NCBI RefSeq assembly: GCF_018977255.1
Contig: NW_024704743.1
Coordinates: 52,454,001 to 52,518,000, forward strand
Direction: 5' to 3'
Length of the DNA stretch: 64,000 bases
Source: Callorhinchus milii
Lineage: Eukaryota
Part shown: positions 38,916 to 50,612 of the stretch, one piece after another
How the letters are laid out: each line of letters begins with the position of its first letter
Numbering within the stretch: position 1 is the stretch's first letter
Program-made: the position numbers and the translations under genes
The notes under the pieces: model-generated
The model's input: the letters and a program-made list of their open reading frames with translations, nothing else
Database searches by the model: none
Told to the model about the DNA's origin: nothing

Positions 38916-40310
38916 GTTTTGCTCTTAGGTATTCCAAAGGCTTCCCTTAATCTTTTCCAATGGGTTCTTCTCACGCTCCCCAAACTATCCAGAACTCTGC
39001 AGTCCATATCATCTCCTCTACCAAACTCTATCTTTTGAAGATTTGAGCACTCTGAGACACCCTCTAGTGTGAAGGGCAAAATATAAATGCAAGTTATTGT
39101 TGTATTTTCTTTTGTGAAATAACATTAGGGGATATCAATAGGTAGTTCAGGACTTATGTGCATGCAACTGGTGGAAGGAGAACTAGACAGACATTGGCCT
39201 TTTTTTCCATCTAGCATATCTTGGGAATCGAACCCGGGTCCTCTCACTTGCGAGGCAATTGCTATAACCAATTCACTACAGGACACTACCTATTTCAAAT
39301 GTAAGGATTATATTACTCTTCTTCAGTTTGTAAATGATGGTAACTAAACTGTCTTATTGAAGATGATATGAACATCAAATGGTGGTTTCCTTACATGTTC
39401 TTACCACCCTCTATACTCATGTTGCAGAAGTCTCTTTCCTCTCTAACGCTTTTATATTCAATGTTCTTTTTGAATATGTGCTTTAGCTTTTTTTTCTACA
39501 TTATATCTGTCCTGGCATTGCTGATTTAAATCTCACTAATCCAGCTCTATCGTCTTCCCTCATATTTTCAACCACTATTATATCCTACATCCAGTTTCTC
39601 ACCTGCTCAGCTTTCCCTCAGTGAAGTACTGATATGGTATTACCACCAATTGTTTTCATTCCTAAATTTACAGCATTTATCGCTGTCCACTATACCTTTA
39701 CACAACAGGAATGATTTCATATTTGGAATTCAGAGTACAAATGGATGTTCATCATTGTCACTTTAATGTACTTTTATAAAGTGATTTTAATCAATTCTTG
39801 CAAGCATTTAAACTACAAATGATTTCATTCTGCACATTATACATAGGTAAACTGGCTGTCATCCAATCATGTGAATTTTACAAGTCATTTCATTTAAGAC
39901 AATTAAAATTTAAAATTTTTACCCCAAAGTAATTCCATTCCAAAAATCTCAAATGTTCCCAACTCAGTCATTCTACTAGAAACAGTGTAGTTACTTCAAA
40001 CAAAAGTAAAAAAATATTGCTTGGTTTGTAAAAACATCCATGCAGACGTGATTCTAGCATTCAAGAACTAAATACTTGTTTTATCTTACTTGCATATACC
40101 CTAAACAAACGATATTCAATGACTGTTCAGGAAGGAAAAAAGAATGCTTTCACAGAAAGCTTTTTCCATTATATCCAGAAAGCATAGGCATTTGCTTCAA
40201 TGCTAAGCTGAATATCCCATTAATATACAATTAATGGATTAATGTTTGACAAATATTTTCAAGATAGTCCAATGTTTGTAAAAGCTGTCATTAGCAAACA
40301 ATAATCTTAG

Positions 40311-40480
40311 TCATTGTGACTCTTCTGATATTTCTTCAAGCGAGTTTGTTCTTTCATCTGAAGAATCACTGTCTGAATCTGTACTGACAGAGTCCAAAGC
40401 TAGGGTAACTTTGCCTTGATCGTCCAAAGGAGTAGCTTCTGATACGTAAGCTTGTAAGATCATCGCCAGTCTCTGTATCC
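40311..40480 (-). CDS. ACCS-like exon 14 (terminal)
   Basis: cag|GIQRLAMILQAYVSE...SEESQ*; ATTAAA candidates on the - strand near 39762-39791. Confidence 0.88.
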
Positions 40481-42848
40481 CTGTGGTGGGAAAGGTACAA
40501 TTTATAAACAATTTAATTCAGGTTACATTTTAAGATGCTGTGGCAAGAACGAAATATGCTTCTCATTTCCTCACCCTCCTCCCTCTCACCAATTTTCTCC
40601 ATTCCCTTCTGCCAAGGTATTTGCTCCTTTTTCCTTCCAATTAGGGTAAAGGTGCATAGACATTCTGCTAACGGACTATTTAATGAGGGGAGGAAAGGGA
40701 AAATTACATCTGACCTTAATCCAGTCTTTTAACTTCACACATACTTTCCAGCAGGGGTCAGTAATGATCAAGAACAGGAATCTGGGCTGACTTCCTCCTC
40801 AAATGTTGCTCCCAAGCCATTACCTCAGGTGAATGAATACTAAATCGGTCCCAAATGACAGCCCACGGTTGGGTTTTGAATCACCAGTGGAACACAAACA
40901 ACACCTCCCTATTATGTCTGCTTATGTCCGAACAAAACCAGTACAAAAATCCTTAACAGTATTTTTGAAAGGCAATGTTATATTGCTGCGGGAATGCTAG
41001 CAGTTCACATGGACCTCCCATGTTCCATCTCCTGAAAGGAAGAGAGATCCAGCAACCCCTTTCCATTCTGAAGAGCCACTCAGTTGCTGTAGAAATCAAT
41101 GTTTCCAGTGTTAAAGAATACTATACTAAATCTGGGCTCCAGTATAAACTAAGATTATCTTGCATTATTGTGGAGGCCTGTAGCTCAGAGGTTAGAGCAT
41201 TCGCCTGACAAGCGAGAGAACTGTGTTCGATTCCCGACAGGACGAAACGGTGGGCAAGTTTCCACGCCTCTGTTTACCTAGCAGTAAGTAGGAACCCATT
41301 TGTTGGTCTGGAAACTTCATTCCACGACTGATTGTGGGACACTGCTGTCTGCAATTGGCTGCTGTGTTTCACCCACAAAATATGCAGTCAATTCACTTTA
41401 CAGTATATTCTGTGAAGTGCTTTGAAATGTCGAAGATGTGATAAGGTGCTATATTAAACGGAAGGATTATTATACTTCTAATATTGTTTATCTAACTGAT
41501 ATATAAAGCTGTGTTCAAAATTACTGAAATCTACTCAAGTCCCACAATCAGCTTGTAGTCAACATTGTAGAATTTGTAGAAATATTTCAAATTAGTTCCA
41601 ATGAATTACTGCTAAAATACATGTAGGAACAAACAGAGAAAGATACTTCATCTTCATCTGTATGGCGATGGGATCTTTAACGAGCAAAGAACAGGCAGGT
41701 GGGAACTCAGTCGAACATCTTATCCAAAGGATGGGACAACACATTAGCTCCATAACTTCCTGACCCAGAAATAAGAATGTTAACTACTATAGAAAAATAG
41801 GGCTCAGAAATATTATGAGACTAATTTTTCTCAAAAATACATTAGCATGGCCTAATTGGTTACACTATCACCTCTGAGTCAGAAGGTTGAAGCCCTATGT
41901 AGGGACTTTTCAACTCAATTTAAGACTTCAATGCTAGGGGAGCACTGCCTCGTCAAAAGATATCAATCCTTAGAATCAGACGTCTTAAAGATCCCATGAT
42001 ACTACTCAAAAAGTAAAGTGAGTTTCTCCTGATGTTCTGGCCAAGAACCCTCTAGATAAAATTGGTCATTCACTTCACAGCTGCTTGTACACTTCAATGT
42101 TGTGCACAATTGGCTGTAACATCTGCCTACAGTTACTATGTTCACAGTAAAATTCTATGAAGGGCTTCTTCCTGTAAAGAGTCACTTTGGAGTTACTTGG
42201 CAATGGAATGTCAGAATCAAACCATCGTGGTAGACTTGGCTGTCTGGTTTCTGAGCCAGATGGCTATGCAATACTCTGACAGCCCAGCCAGTCTGGCCCA
42301 TCGGCAGGACCTAGAGGGGCAGGGATTCTTCCCACTCAGAAACTATTAACCCTGCAAGCCAAAGCCCTAATGGACAGGGAGGTCCTAGCTGGACAGGCAG
42401 GAGCAAGCTTGCCAGACAGTGCCTTCAATGGCAAACTATGCAGTTTTAGCTGATTAAATAGTAGTACCCTAGCCCACACTTTGGGATCCCCAAGTCTTGG
42501 CTTTGACAGCCAGCACCTAATACTCTGCATCCTGCTTACTCTAATTCTAAAGAGTACATGTGGGATTCCAGACACTGGAATTTCCATATGCAGGTGGAAT
42601 ACACACAACTTAGTCTGGTTTGGAAACTCTTAAGCATGGTGTTGGGTTTTCCACATGCATCAAGACACCCAGCTGACCAGAAAAAAAAACTAATTACGTA
42701 GTAAATCTGGGCCCTAGGACCCAGCCCAGTAAATTAGCTTTCAAAATATTGAATCTCTAATTATCCCTTATAATTTAAAAAAAAGCATTTTAATTTTCTT
42801 TAAATAGTAATTCTAAAAGGTGGCAATGTATTTTTGAGCGTTACATAC

Positions 42849-43002
42849 CCAAATGTATCTTGTCAGCAGAATCTGAAAACACCAGTCTGAACCACCCAGG
42901 CTCACAACAGTAAAAAGCTCCACCAGGGCTGATGTAGAGCTTTTCGGCAATGAATTTCCACCAGAGTTCCATTTCAGCTTCAAAGGTTTGAGTAACCAGG
43001 AA
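42849..43002 (-). CDS. ACCS-like exon 13
   Basis: cag|FLVTQTFEAEMELWWKFIAEKLYISPGGAFYCCEPGWFRLVFSDSADKIHL|gtatgt. Confidence 0.93.
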
Positions 43003-44022
43003 CTGGAAAGAGTTCAACAAAAATCAGGGCTTCCTGAATACTGAAAAAGTTGACTTTCCAATAGTACAAATAACACAAACAATGGTTATGCATTCATAGA
43101 TATTCTGAATTCCCCATCAATATGGCTCGTGTGGGCAACAACACTTAATTTTGAGGATGAGATGGGAGAGCTGGATCCGATAAATGGCATGCGGACAGTA
43201 CAATTTCAGTGTGCCAGTCATGATGTGACACTGCTTCAAGCAGCTCAATAGTACATTGCTCACAATCACCAGATACCAAAAGAATCACCAAGAGATCAAA
43301 CAATGAACCAGGAGACATTGTTGCCTTTAGACCTAACAGTCAAACAGTCAGATATCAGGGCAAATGTCACTAACATAACTTCCTTACAGTATTCCTTTAA
43401 TTACTGTACTACTGACACTGCAGGCGACATGTTTCATAAAGCAAGCTCTGAATTACAGAATTACTGGAATGACTGATATCTAGATTACTATCTATCATTC
43501 CATTCAAAGTTTTCAAAAATTCAACAGAATCTTACACAACCATATTGTAACACTGTTCCCACCCCCAGTTGGGTGCCCATCCAGCAATCCGAATGTGTCT
43601 TTGGGTCACCTTCCCAACATGAAGTGTTATATAAATGTACACTGTATTGTTTCTTAGATTTTAAGTGAATCAAAGCAGTCATTCGTAGCTCGCCAATATA
43701 GCCTTTTCCCAATAAAATTATAGTTAGGGCACAAAAGTATAGTTGGGAACAAATGCATTATCTTTTGTTCAGGAGAAAAACAGACCCAATAGACATTACT
43801 CACTTCACCTTCCTCTTCAAACATGCCTAGTCACTTACCCCTCTCCCAGCTTGGTGTCAAGCTCTGCCACTTAAGTTCAACCCCACACGAAGGGCAATAT
43901 ATAAATGCAAGGTATTGTTGGGTTCCACAGGCAAACAAAACAAGCATTCAGCTAAAATTTCTTATAAACTTTTAGCCACAATTTGGTTAGTAGGCATAAG
44001 CTAATTTTTTGTGGATACGTAC

Positions 44023-44165
44023 TTTTCTAAAATCAGCCCAAACAAATAACCCTGCCGAGCTCCGAAGAACTGGAATTCCAAGTGAAGTCAGACCGTCAAC
44101 AAGAATGTGACAAGCTTCTCTCAGTCGCCTTCGGTTTGTTGGTAAAAATGTTTTGTTTATCCACT
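44023..44165 (-). CDS. ACCS-like exon 12
   Basis: cag|EWINKTFLPTNRRRLREACHILVDGLTSLGIPVLRSSAGLFVWADFRK|gtacgt. Confidence 0.93.
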
Positions 44166-44244
44166 CTGTATACAAGAATAAAGAATTACATACACACGCA
44201 TATATTCAAACTACCCCCTCCCACCAAAAAAATCCATTGAAGGG

Positions 44245-44655
44245 ATTATTTTCCTTAGAGCACAGAGAAGTTGAGGGGAGATTTAATAGGTGTTCAAAAT
44301 TATGAAAGGTCTTGATTAAGAGTAGAAAAGGAGAAGCTGTTTCCTCTAGCAGGTGGGTTGGTAACCAGATGACACAGATTTAAGATAATTGGCAAATGAA
44401 CCAGAGGGGAGACCAGGAGTTTTTTTTTAAACCCAGAGAGTTGTTAGAGTCTGGAATGCACTGCCTGAAAGGGTGATGGAAGCAGATTTGATAATAGCTT
44501 TCAAAAGGGAGTTAGATAGGTACTTAAAAAGGAAAAAATGGGCTATGGGGGTAAGAGCAGGGGCGTGGTACTAGTTGATAGCTCTTTCAAAGAGTTGACA
44601 AAGCATGATGGATCGAATGGCCTCCTTCTGTGCTGCAAAATTCTATGATTCCAAG
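44245..44655 (+). mobile_element. CR1 LINE 3' fragment
   Basis: ctggaatgcactgcctgaaagggtg...gaatggcctccttctgtgctg...ttctatgattc. Related pieces at ~2720-2935, 10520-10650, 24860-25300, 30160-30350 and 32330-32620. Confidence 0.8.
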
Positions 44656-44673
44656 GTAATTTTCTAAACTGAC

Positions 44674-44815
44674 CTCGATCAGCAATTAGCTGGCTCAGAA
44701 TGTATTGAACTGGTCCAGGGCAGCTGTGAAAACTGGCCAATTGGTTAAGTGCCAGGCGGACCTCTTCATTCCTTGTATGCAAAGCTGCAACTCTCATCCC
44801 ACACATGACAAAATC
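44674..44815 (-). CDS. ACCS-like exon 11
   Basis: aag|DFVMCGMRVAALHTRNEEVRLALNQLASFHSCPGPVQYILSQLIADR|gtcagt. Confidence 0.92.
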
Positions 44816-45527
44816 CTTTACAAAGGGAGGACAAAAAAAGTTTAAATAAAGTTCAGATTTAAAACTGTTACCCATAAACTTACACATGAAACATTATTAG
44901 CTTCAACATTTGGATAGTTTTATTGTGTGGAATTCACAACTACATTATCCCACTTACCATTGGTCTTCATTTAAAAGACCAATCAACCAATTGGCCACTG
45001 TGGCAAATTTATATAAGTGCATTTAATATAGCACCTGATCATGTATTCGAGATGTCTTAAAGCGTTTCACAGAATATATTGTGAAGTGAATTGACGCTAT
45101 ATTTTGTGGTCGAAACACAGCAGCCGATTGCCACAGCAATATCCCACAAACAGTCATGGATTGAGTGACCAAATTCTTTTTTTGTGGGGGGGGAATTAGA
45201 AAGAAAAAAGAGATGGAGGGGATTATTACATCCGGAAAGCAATCCACCAACCGAATAACAATCGCTTCCTACTTACTGCTCGGTAAACAGTAAGGAAACT
45301 TGCATAAGATTTTGCCCTGTCCGGGAATCGAACCCTGGTCCTCTTCCTTGCAATATGAGCGTGCTAACCACTATGCTACGGCACTCCACAAAATATAAAT
45401 ATATATTCAGTATAAATAAAACAAATATATATTTGTACTCCAATTATGCACCCTGTTTCCTTATCCATAGGGCAAATAATTGATCACTCCCTATATTAAC
45501 CCTTGGTGAAAAAGAACTCCAACATAC

Positions 45528-45573
45528 CTTACTAAATCCCCACATAAAGTGAATTTTTTCTGGGTCTGGTGGA
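45528..45573 (-). CDS. ACCS-like exon 10 (PLP-binding Lys)
   Basis: cag|(N)PPDPEKIHFMWGFSK|gtatgt. Confidence 0.92.
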
Positions 45574-45802
45574 CTGGAATTAAACAGAAATTAATATGTT
45601 CATGTATATAAGAAGACATTTTTCAAGACATCATTGTAATAAGGATTATATGTTAGGAATTTAATAAAAACTGGATTGACAGTTTATCCTTCATTGGACA
45701 GTTATAGATTATTATTATAGGACTTGTAAAATTGTAGACTTCAAATACCATCCAAATCAGCGAAAAAACACTACTACACATTTTAATACTTTCCATACTT
45801 AC

Positions 45803-45886
45803 TTCAAACTGAGAACACTGGTGAAGGTGCTGTCATCATATACCGACAACATGTAAATCTCATCCACTATGACGTGCAATTTATGT
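45803..45886 (-). CDS. ACCS-like exon 9
   Basis: tag|HKLHVIVDEIYMLSVYDDSTFTSVLSL|gtaagt. Confidence 0.93.
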
Positions 45887-47680
45887 CTACAAAATGAGCA
45901 AAAAAATAGAAAAATTAGAGGAATTTCAAAAGTGACACAATACCTAACTATTTTCAAAGTTAACTACATTGCAAAAGTGTGCAACTGCATTGCTTACCCT
46001 AAAACTGACACCCTAAAATGCCTCTGTACTCCAGCATCCTCAATAAACACCCAATTGACTTACCAATTTTAATCCATTAAAGGTCTTCTTGGGCTCTCTC
46101 ACACATCCATGCACATGCACACACATACAGACTCACACACAAACACACACATACGTAACGCAAGATCATGGCATTATAAACGACTAAGATCCTTATACAC
46201 ACACTGAACAACTCTTGCACACAGTCACAGTTTAGTTACCCACTTTTTCCAAGCATCATTCTTTAAAAATAGTTTATGCATCAAAGCAAAATAATGACAG
46301 GCAGACAGCTAATATATTTCCGTTAGCCTACTTCACTTGGTCCTGGAGGTTAGTCTTTCTAAGATGGGAGTGATGACATCACCAAGGGAACAGAAATGAC
46401 AAGAGTCAATCTTTGTAAGGGAGTCAAATTAACATGTACAGTTCTCATCAAATGATTCTGGAAACTTCTCTAAATAATGACTAGCTCTGTACTAATGTTA
46501 ATTTAGTTCTCCCTCACACTTCAAACTGTTCCTTCAATGAGTTCACCAGCACAATACTAAATTAAAAAACAAAGATGTCCATAATTCTATTTTCCCTTAC
46601 TTCTTAATATGACTTTTAGAAAAATCCCAGCGTTTCTTTCTAACCTGCCCTAAACAAGCTGAAAATACTCATCAAGAATAAAATATATATATTAAAATAC
46701 TAGTGCACCTAGTATTTTATTTTCTTCTTAAGGGTAATCACCCTCTATTCGTGTCCCATTTTCTCTCCTGGTTATTTTCAGGCCATGCACCAACTGCAGC
46801 CAGAAGGCTGGCTGGGGAACCTGCACTCAGGCTTCCACCAATGCCATGCTGAGCCAGCCACCAGGAGGTATGAGAACAGACGGAGGACACAGCAAAATGC
46901 CTTTAAATACATATGCTGTTTTGCCCTGCTGATTGTTAATAAGTCTGGGTATGCTCTAAAGGCTTTGGTAATCACCCTGTTTAAACACCTCTATTGTACT
47001 GCACTTCTACTTTACTGCAGTCCTGATCCTGCAGAAATTTGATTTGTAATTAAATTAGACGTTTTTGTCCATGAAGTAGCCAAATTTATAGATCTGGTCT
47101 TCCATTAAACACATACTAATCACCCCCACATATCCTGTGCAGTGTAAAATTATGTTCCACATTATTCCTTAAATTGTACCACCTATTGTTTTACACACTG
47201 TTTTATTTTCCCATTGCATATCCCAACACCTGACACAGATCAGACAGTAACCTGCTCCCAGGCCCATCTGCACTGCTCCTGAGCCAACTGCTGAAAATTG
47301 TGCAAGTCGACTTATTCTCTGATTTTCTCTACATGTAGGGAAACACCCAACAGTCAAGCGAACAGCCTCTGTACAGAAAATCACTGGGGTGAATCTGCAA
47401 CCCACCGTGACACAGTATGCTGGAACACAACACACTGTACCACCAAGGCAAGCTGAACGTTTCAAGCCAAAATATAAGACATCTTAAAATTCTCTAGAAT
47501 ATATTCCTAATAGAGACCACTCTTATTGAAATTTAAACGTAAATTTGGAGACCTAAATCACCTACAATTTCACATGCAAATATAGTTTGATCAGGACTGC
47601 AGGGTGATTACCAAAGTTAATTTCGTATTGAAATTTTCAATATGAAAACATTGCAGCCCAAACAGTGTCGGGACTCAAAC

Positions 47681-47781
47681 CTGTGCGCAAAGTCTAGACA
47701 CTCTTTCAGTAAGTGTGCAGGGTAAATGTCCCCTAACGGATTGTGAGGGTTGATCAGGATTAAAGCTCTGACTCTGATGCC
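47681..47781 (-). CDS. ACCS-like exon 8
   Basis: cag|GIRVRALILINPHNPLGDIYPAHLLKECLDFAHR|gtttga. Confidence 0.93.
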
Positions 47782-48344
47782 CTGAAAAAAGAAAAACTGA
47801 TAGTCGAAGACGCCGAGGATGTGAGAAAGGGGCAGCGAGTCTTCTTTGTCGCCACCCCTTATTAGCAAACAATCACCATCAAATTCTACCATGAACATCT
47901 GTAATCCTGTCACAATTAAGCTATTTCAGAAAAAATACAGAGTGCCTGCCCCAGCTAGTTAGAAAAATATCTCCAGCACTTTTTTAAAAAAATGATTCAA
48001 TTACTCAGACATCTTAGCCTCCAGTAGTTTAAGTCTATCTCCTCCTTGTTTAAAATGTCACTTGTAGATTGTTCAATCTGAAATACTACCTCCCCCCAGC
48101 CCAGCAACACAACCTGACCTAAAAAATAAACTAACTAGCTGAGGCACTGCTTATATAATTAGAGCTACCAAAATCACTGTATAAGCAGAAAAATTATTTC
48201 CAATACAATTATAGCCTAGTTTGTATGAACATGCCAATCTGAATAAACATTCAATGTGTTTCCAATTTCTTAAATGATCCACCTTGTTCAAAAATTCTAG
48301 GAGGAATACAAACTAAACAGGAGTTTCAACATGCATCTAACAGT

Positions 48345-48990
48345 AACTTGCATTTATATAGTAGCCTTCACTTAGATTAGTATCTCAGAGCCTTTACAAT
48401 GGCGGGGTTACACATCAAGCAATTGAGAAGGGGGAGGTGACCACAGAAGAGTTAGGAGGGATTTAAAGATAGAGGTGACAAGGAGGAGGGATTGAGGCAG
48501 GAAGTTCGAGAATAATGACATAGTGGCTGAAGGCCTTGATGGCCACTATGTCACTATGAATAGGGACATAGTGGCCATCAAGATGCCATGGGCTGTGCAG
48601 CAAGGCTTGTGGCAGCAAAGGGGACAGACAGAGGAGAGCCAGGAATGCGCAAGTTAGAAAGACAGGGAGATTCTAGGGCATGAAGGAATTTGTTAGGTAA
48701 GGGTGAGGATTTTGAAATGCATCCATTGGGAGCCAGGGAAGCCTGGCAAGAATGTGAGTGGTAGACATGGGAGTTTGGTATGGGTGAGGATGTGGGCAGC
48801 ATTGTTTTAACGTGCTGAAGCTTGTGAATGGTGGAACTAGGGAGACCAGCAAGGCATGTGTTTGAGAAGTTAAGGTTTAAAACGACAAAGCTGTGGATGA
48901 GGGTTTCAGCAACATTTGGGGTGAGGTAGGTTTGGAGGCAGGCAATGTAGCGGAGTTGGAGGAATGCAATCTTGGTCAGAGATCGAATGT
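48345..48990 (-). mobile_element. Degenerate L2-clade LINE 3' fragment
   Basis: Tail acttgcatttatatagtagcc plus purine-rich body on the + strand. Similar fragments at ~3340-3650, 21000-21610 and 31390-31680. Confidence 0.6.
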
Positions 48991-49401
48991 GGGTCTATCG
49001 TGTCTCTACCAAGACATGGAAATATCTAGTTACAGTGAGTTTTATTTGAAGAAAGCACCAAACTTCTCTCCTCTCCTCCCAAGAGGTCAAGAACACCAAG
49101 CGAAAGCAGAAAATGATAATAAACAACGTTATTTGAGATGACTAAAGGATTTGGATCAATTAAAATTCATCTGTTGCCCATCCAATTAGAAACATTGACA
49201 TTGTAAGGATACATTGTAGGGCATAAGAAGCACAGCAGATTATGGTCACACAACGAAGAGGTGGGTATTAAGAGAGAAAATAAAATATTTCTAGTCATTT
49301 AACTAACTCAAAATTAATATTTTGTAGTAGATTACAAAAGCATCTAGCATATGAAAGGTACAGATCATTTTCTTACCACGCCTCAATCCATTACTCTAGC
49401 T

Positions 49402-49971
49402 CAGAGGTTCTCAAACTATGGGGTGTGCCTCCCAGGGAAGGAGCGGATGTGCGTCAGGGGAGGTGCCAGTTGCACACCTCCCAATAGTCCTAGGTTTTGC
49501 AGGACTGGCCCCACGTTCTAGCAAAGTCGCTCCCGCGACAACCAAACACCGTGACAATGCTTCCCTCTCCATGCAGCAATCCCAAATTCCACAACTTTGC
49601 ACAGAGAGGAAATAAGTTCACGCCTCCCACTGATAAGTTAGGACTGATGGAATATTGTACTGACATAATCTATAATTATTTGGTGTTAATATTTCTAAAA
49701 TGCGTGTGCAGTTTTAGTTACTGTAAGTGTTATTCGTTTTGAACAAAAATGTGAAATAACACAAAAGGTGCTTTATGAAAAAAATTAGTACATTTAAGAC
49801 GCACTCTTATTATAACTATATTGATCAAAGCCTTTCTACAATATCATTCGTATTCTTTCAAAGTACAGTATAGGATTTTCAGTTCTTTGTGTTGCCTTAG
49901 TAAACTATGGGAATGCACAATTTTTTTCTTAGCTTAGGGAGGCTCACTATGACAAAGTTTGAGAACCTTTG
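49402..49971. mobile_element. Non-autonomous hAT (Charlie-like) DNA transposon / MITE
   Basis: TIRs cagaggttctcaaact / agtttgagaacctttg; flanking 8-mers ctctagct and ctcgagca match 6/8 and resemble the NTCTAGAN target. Confidence 0.75.
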
Positions 49972-50289
49972 CTCGAGCACAATATACACAGCAACATTTA
50001 ATCTCAAATGTTACTACTTATCAACAGTTTATCATTTATGAAACCGGAAACACAGCTTATATTTGGCCGCAGATACCCAAGATAGTTCAAACTATAATAC
50101 AACTCTAATGATAGTTTGCCAGTTGCAAAATTTCGAAACGAGTCATTATCTGGAAAACAAAAGTATTTGGTTGAGTTAGTTTCCCCCCTTTCTGCTCTCC
50201 TCCTCTCCTGAAGGCACTGACTCGTCACTGGTATACTATTTGATGGGTACTGGAAGTACCTCCTCCAGTACCTCACCCAAACAGCCACC

Positions 50290-50612
50290 CTTCAAGTGTG
50301 AGCCTAGATAGTACAGTGAGCATTGGTGGGCCATTCAACTGTGGAGGTTATCACAGACGAGCCCGATCCTGTCTTCATACAACAACCACACCTTCCAGCA
50401 GGGGTTACTGGATAACAATCAGGAGAGGGAACCCAGGCTGATATTTTTTTCTCCCCGCCCTTACCCAGGGTTTTGAGGTCAATAGTAGCTTCCCAACTGC
50501 TGCCCCGGCTGAGATCAGGAAACTCAGCACAAATCAGAAATCAAACACGTGACTTTCTGGTTTGTATAGCTTAGTGCTGCATTAAGCAGTGTCATTAGCC
50601 ACTGAGCCATCA
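50290..50612 (-). mobile_element. Third, older SINE-like family (C)
   Basis: tRNA-like head (gatggctcagtggctaa on the - strand); the motif ttccagcagggg(t)cactggata...atcaggag recurs at ~4950-5020 (+) and ~40745-40800. Confidence 0.5.
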
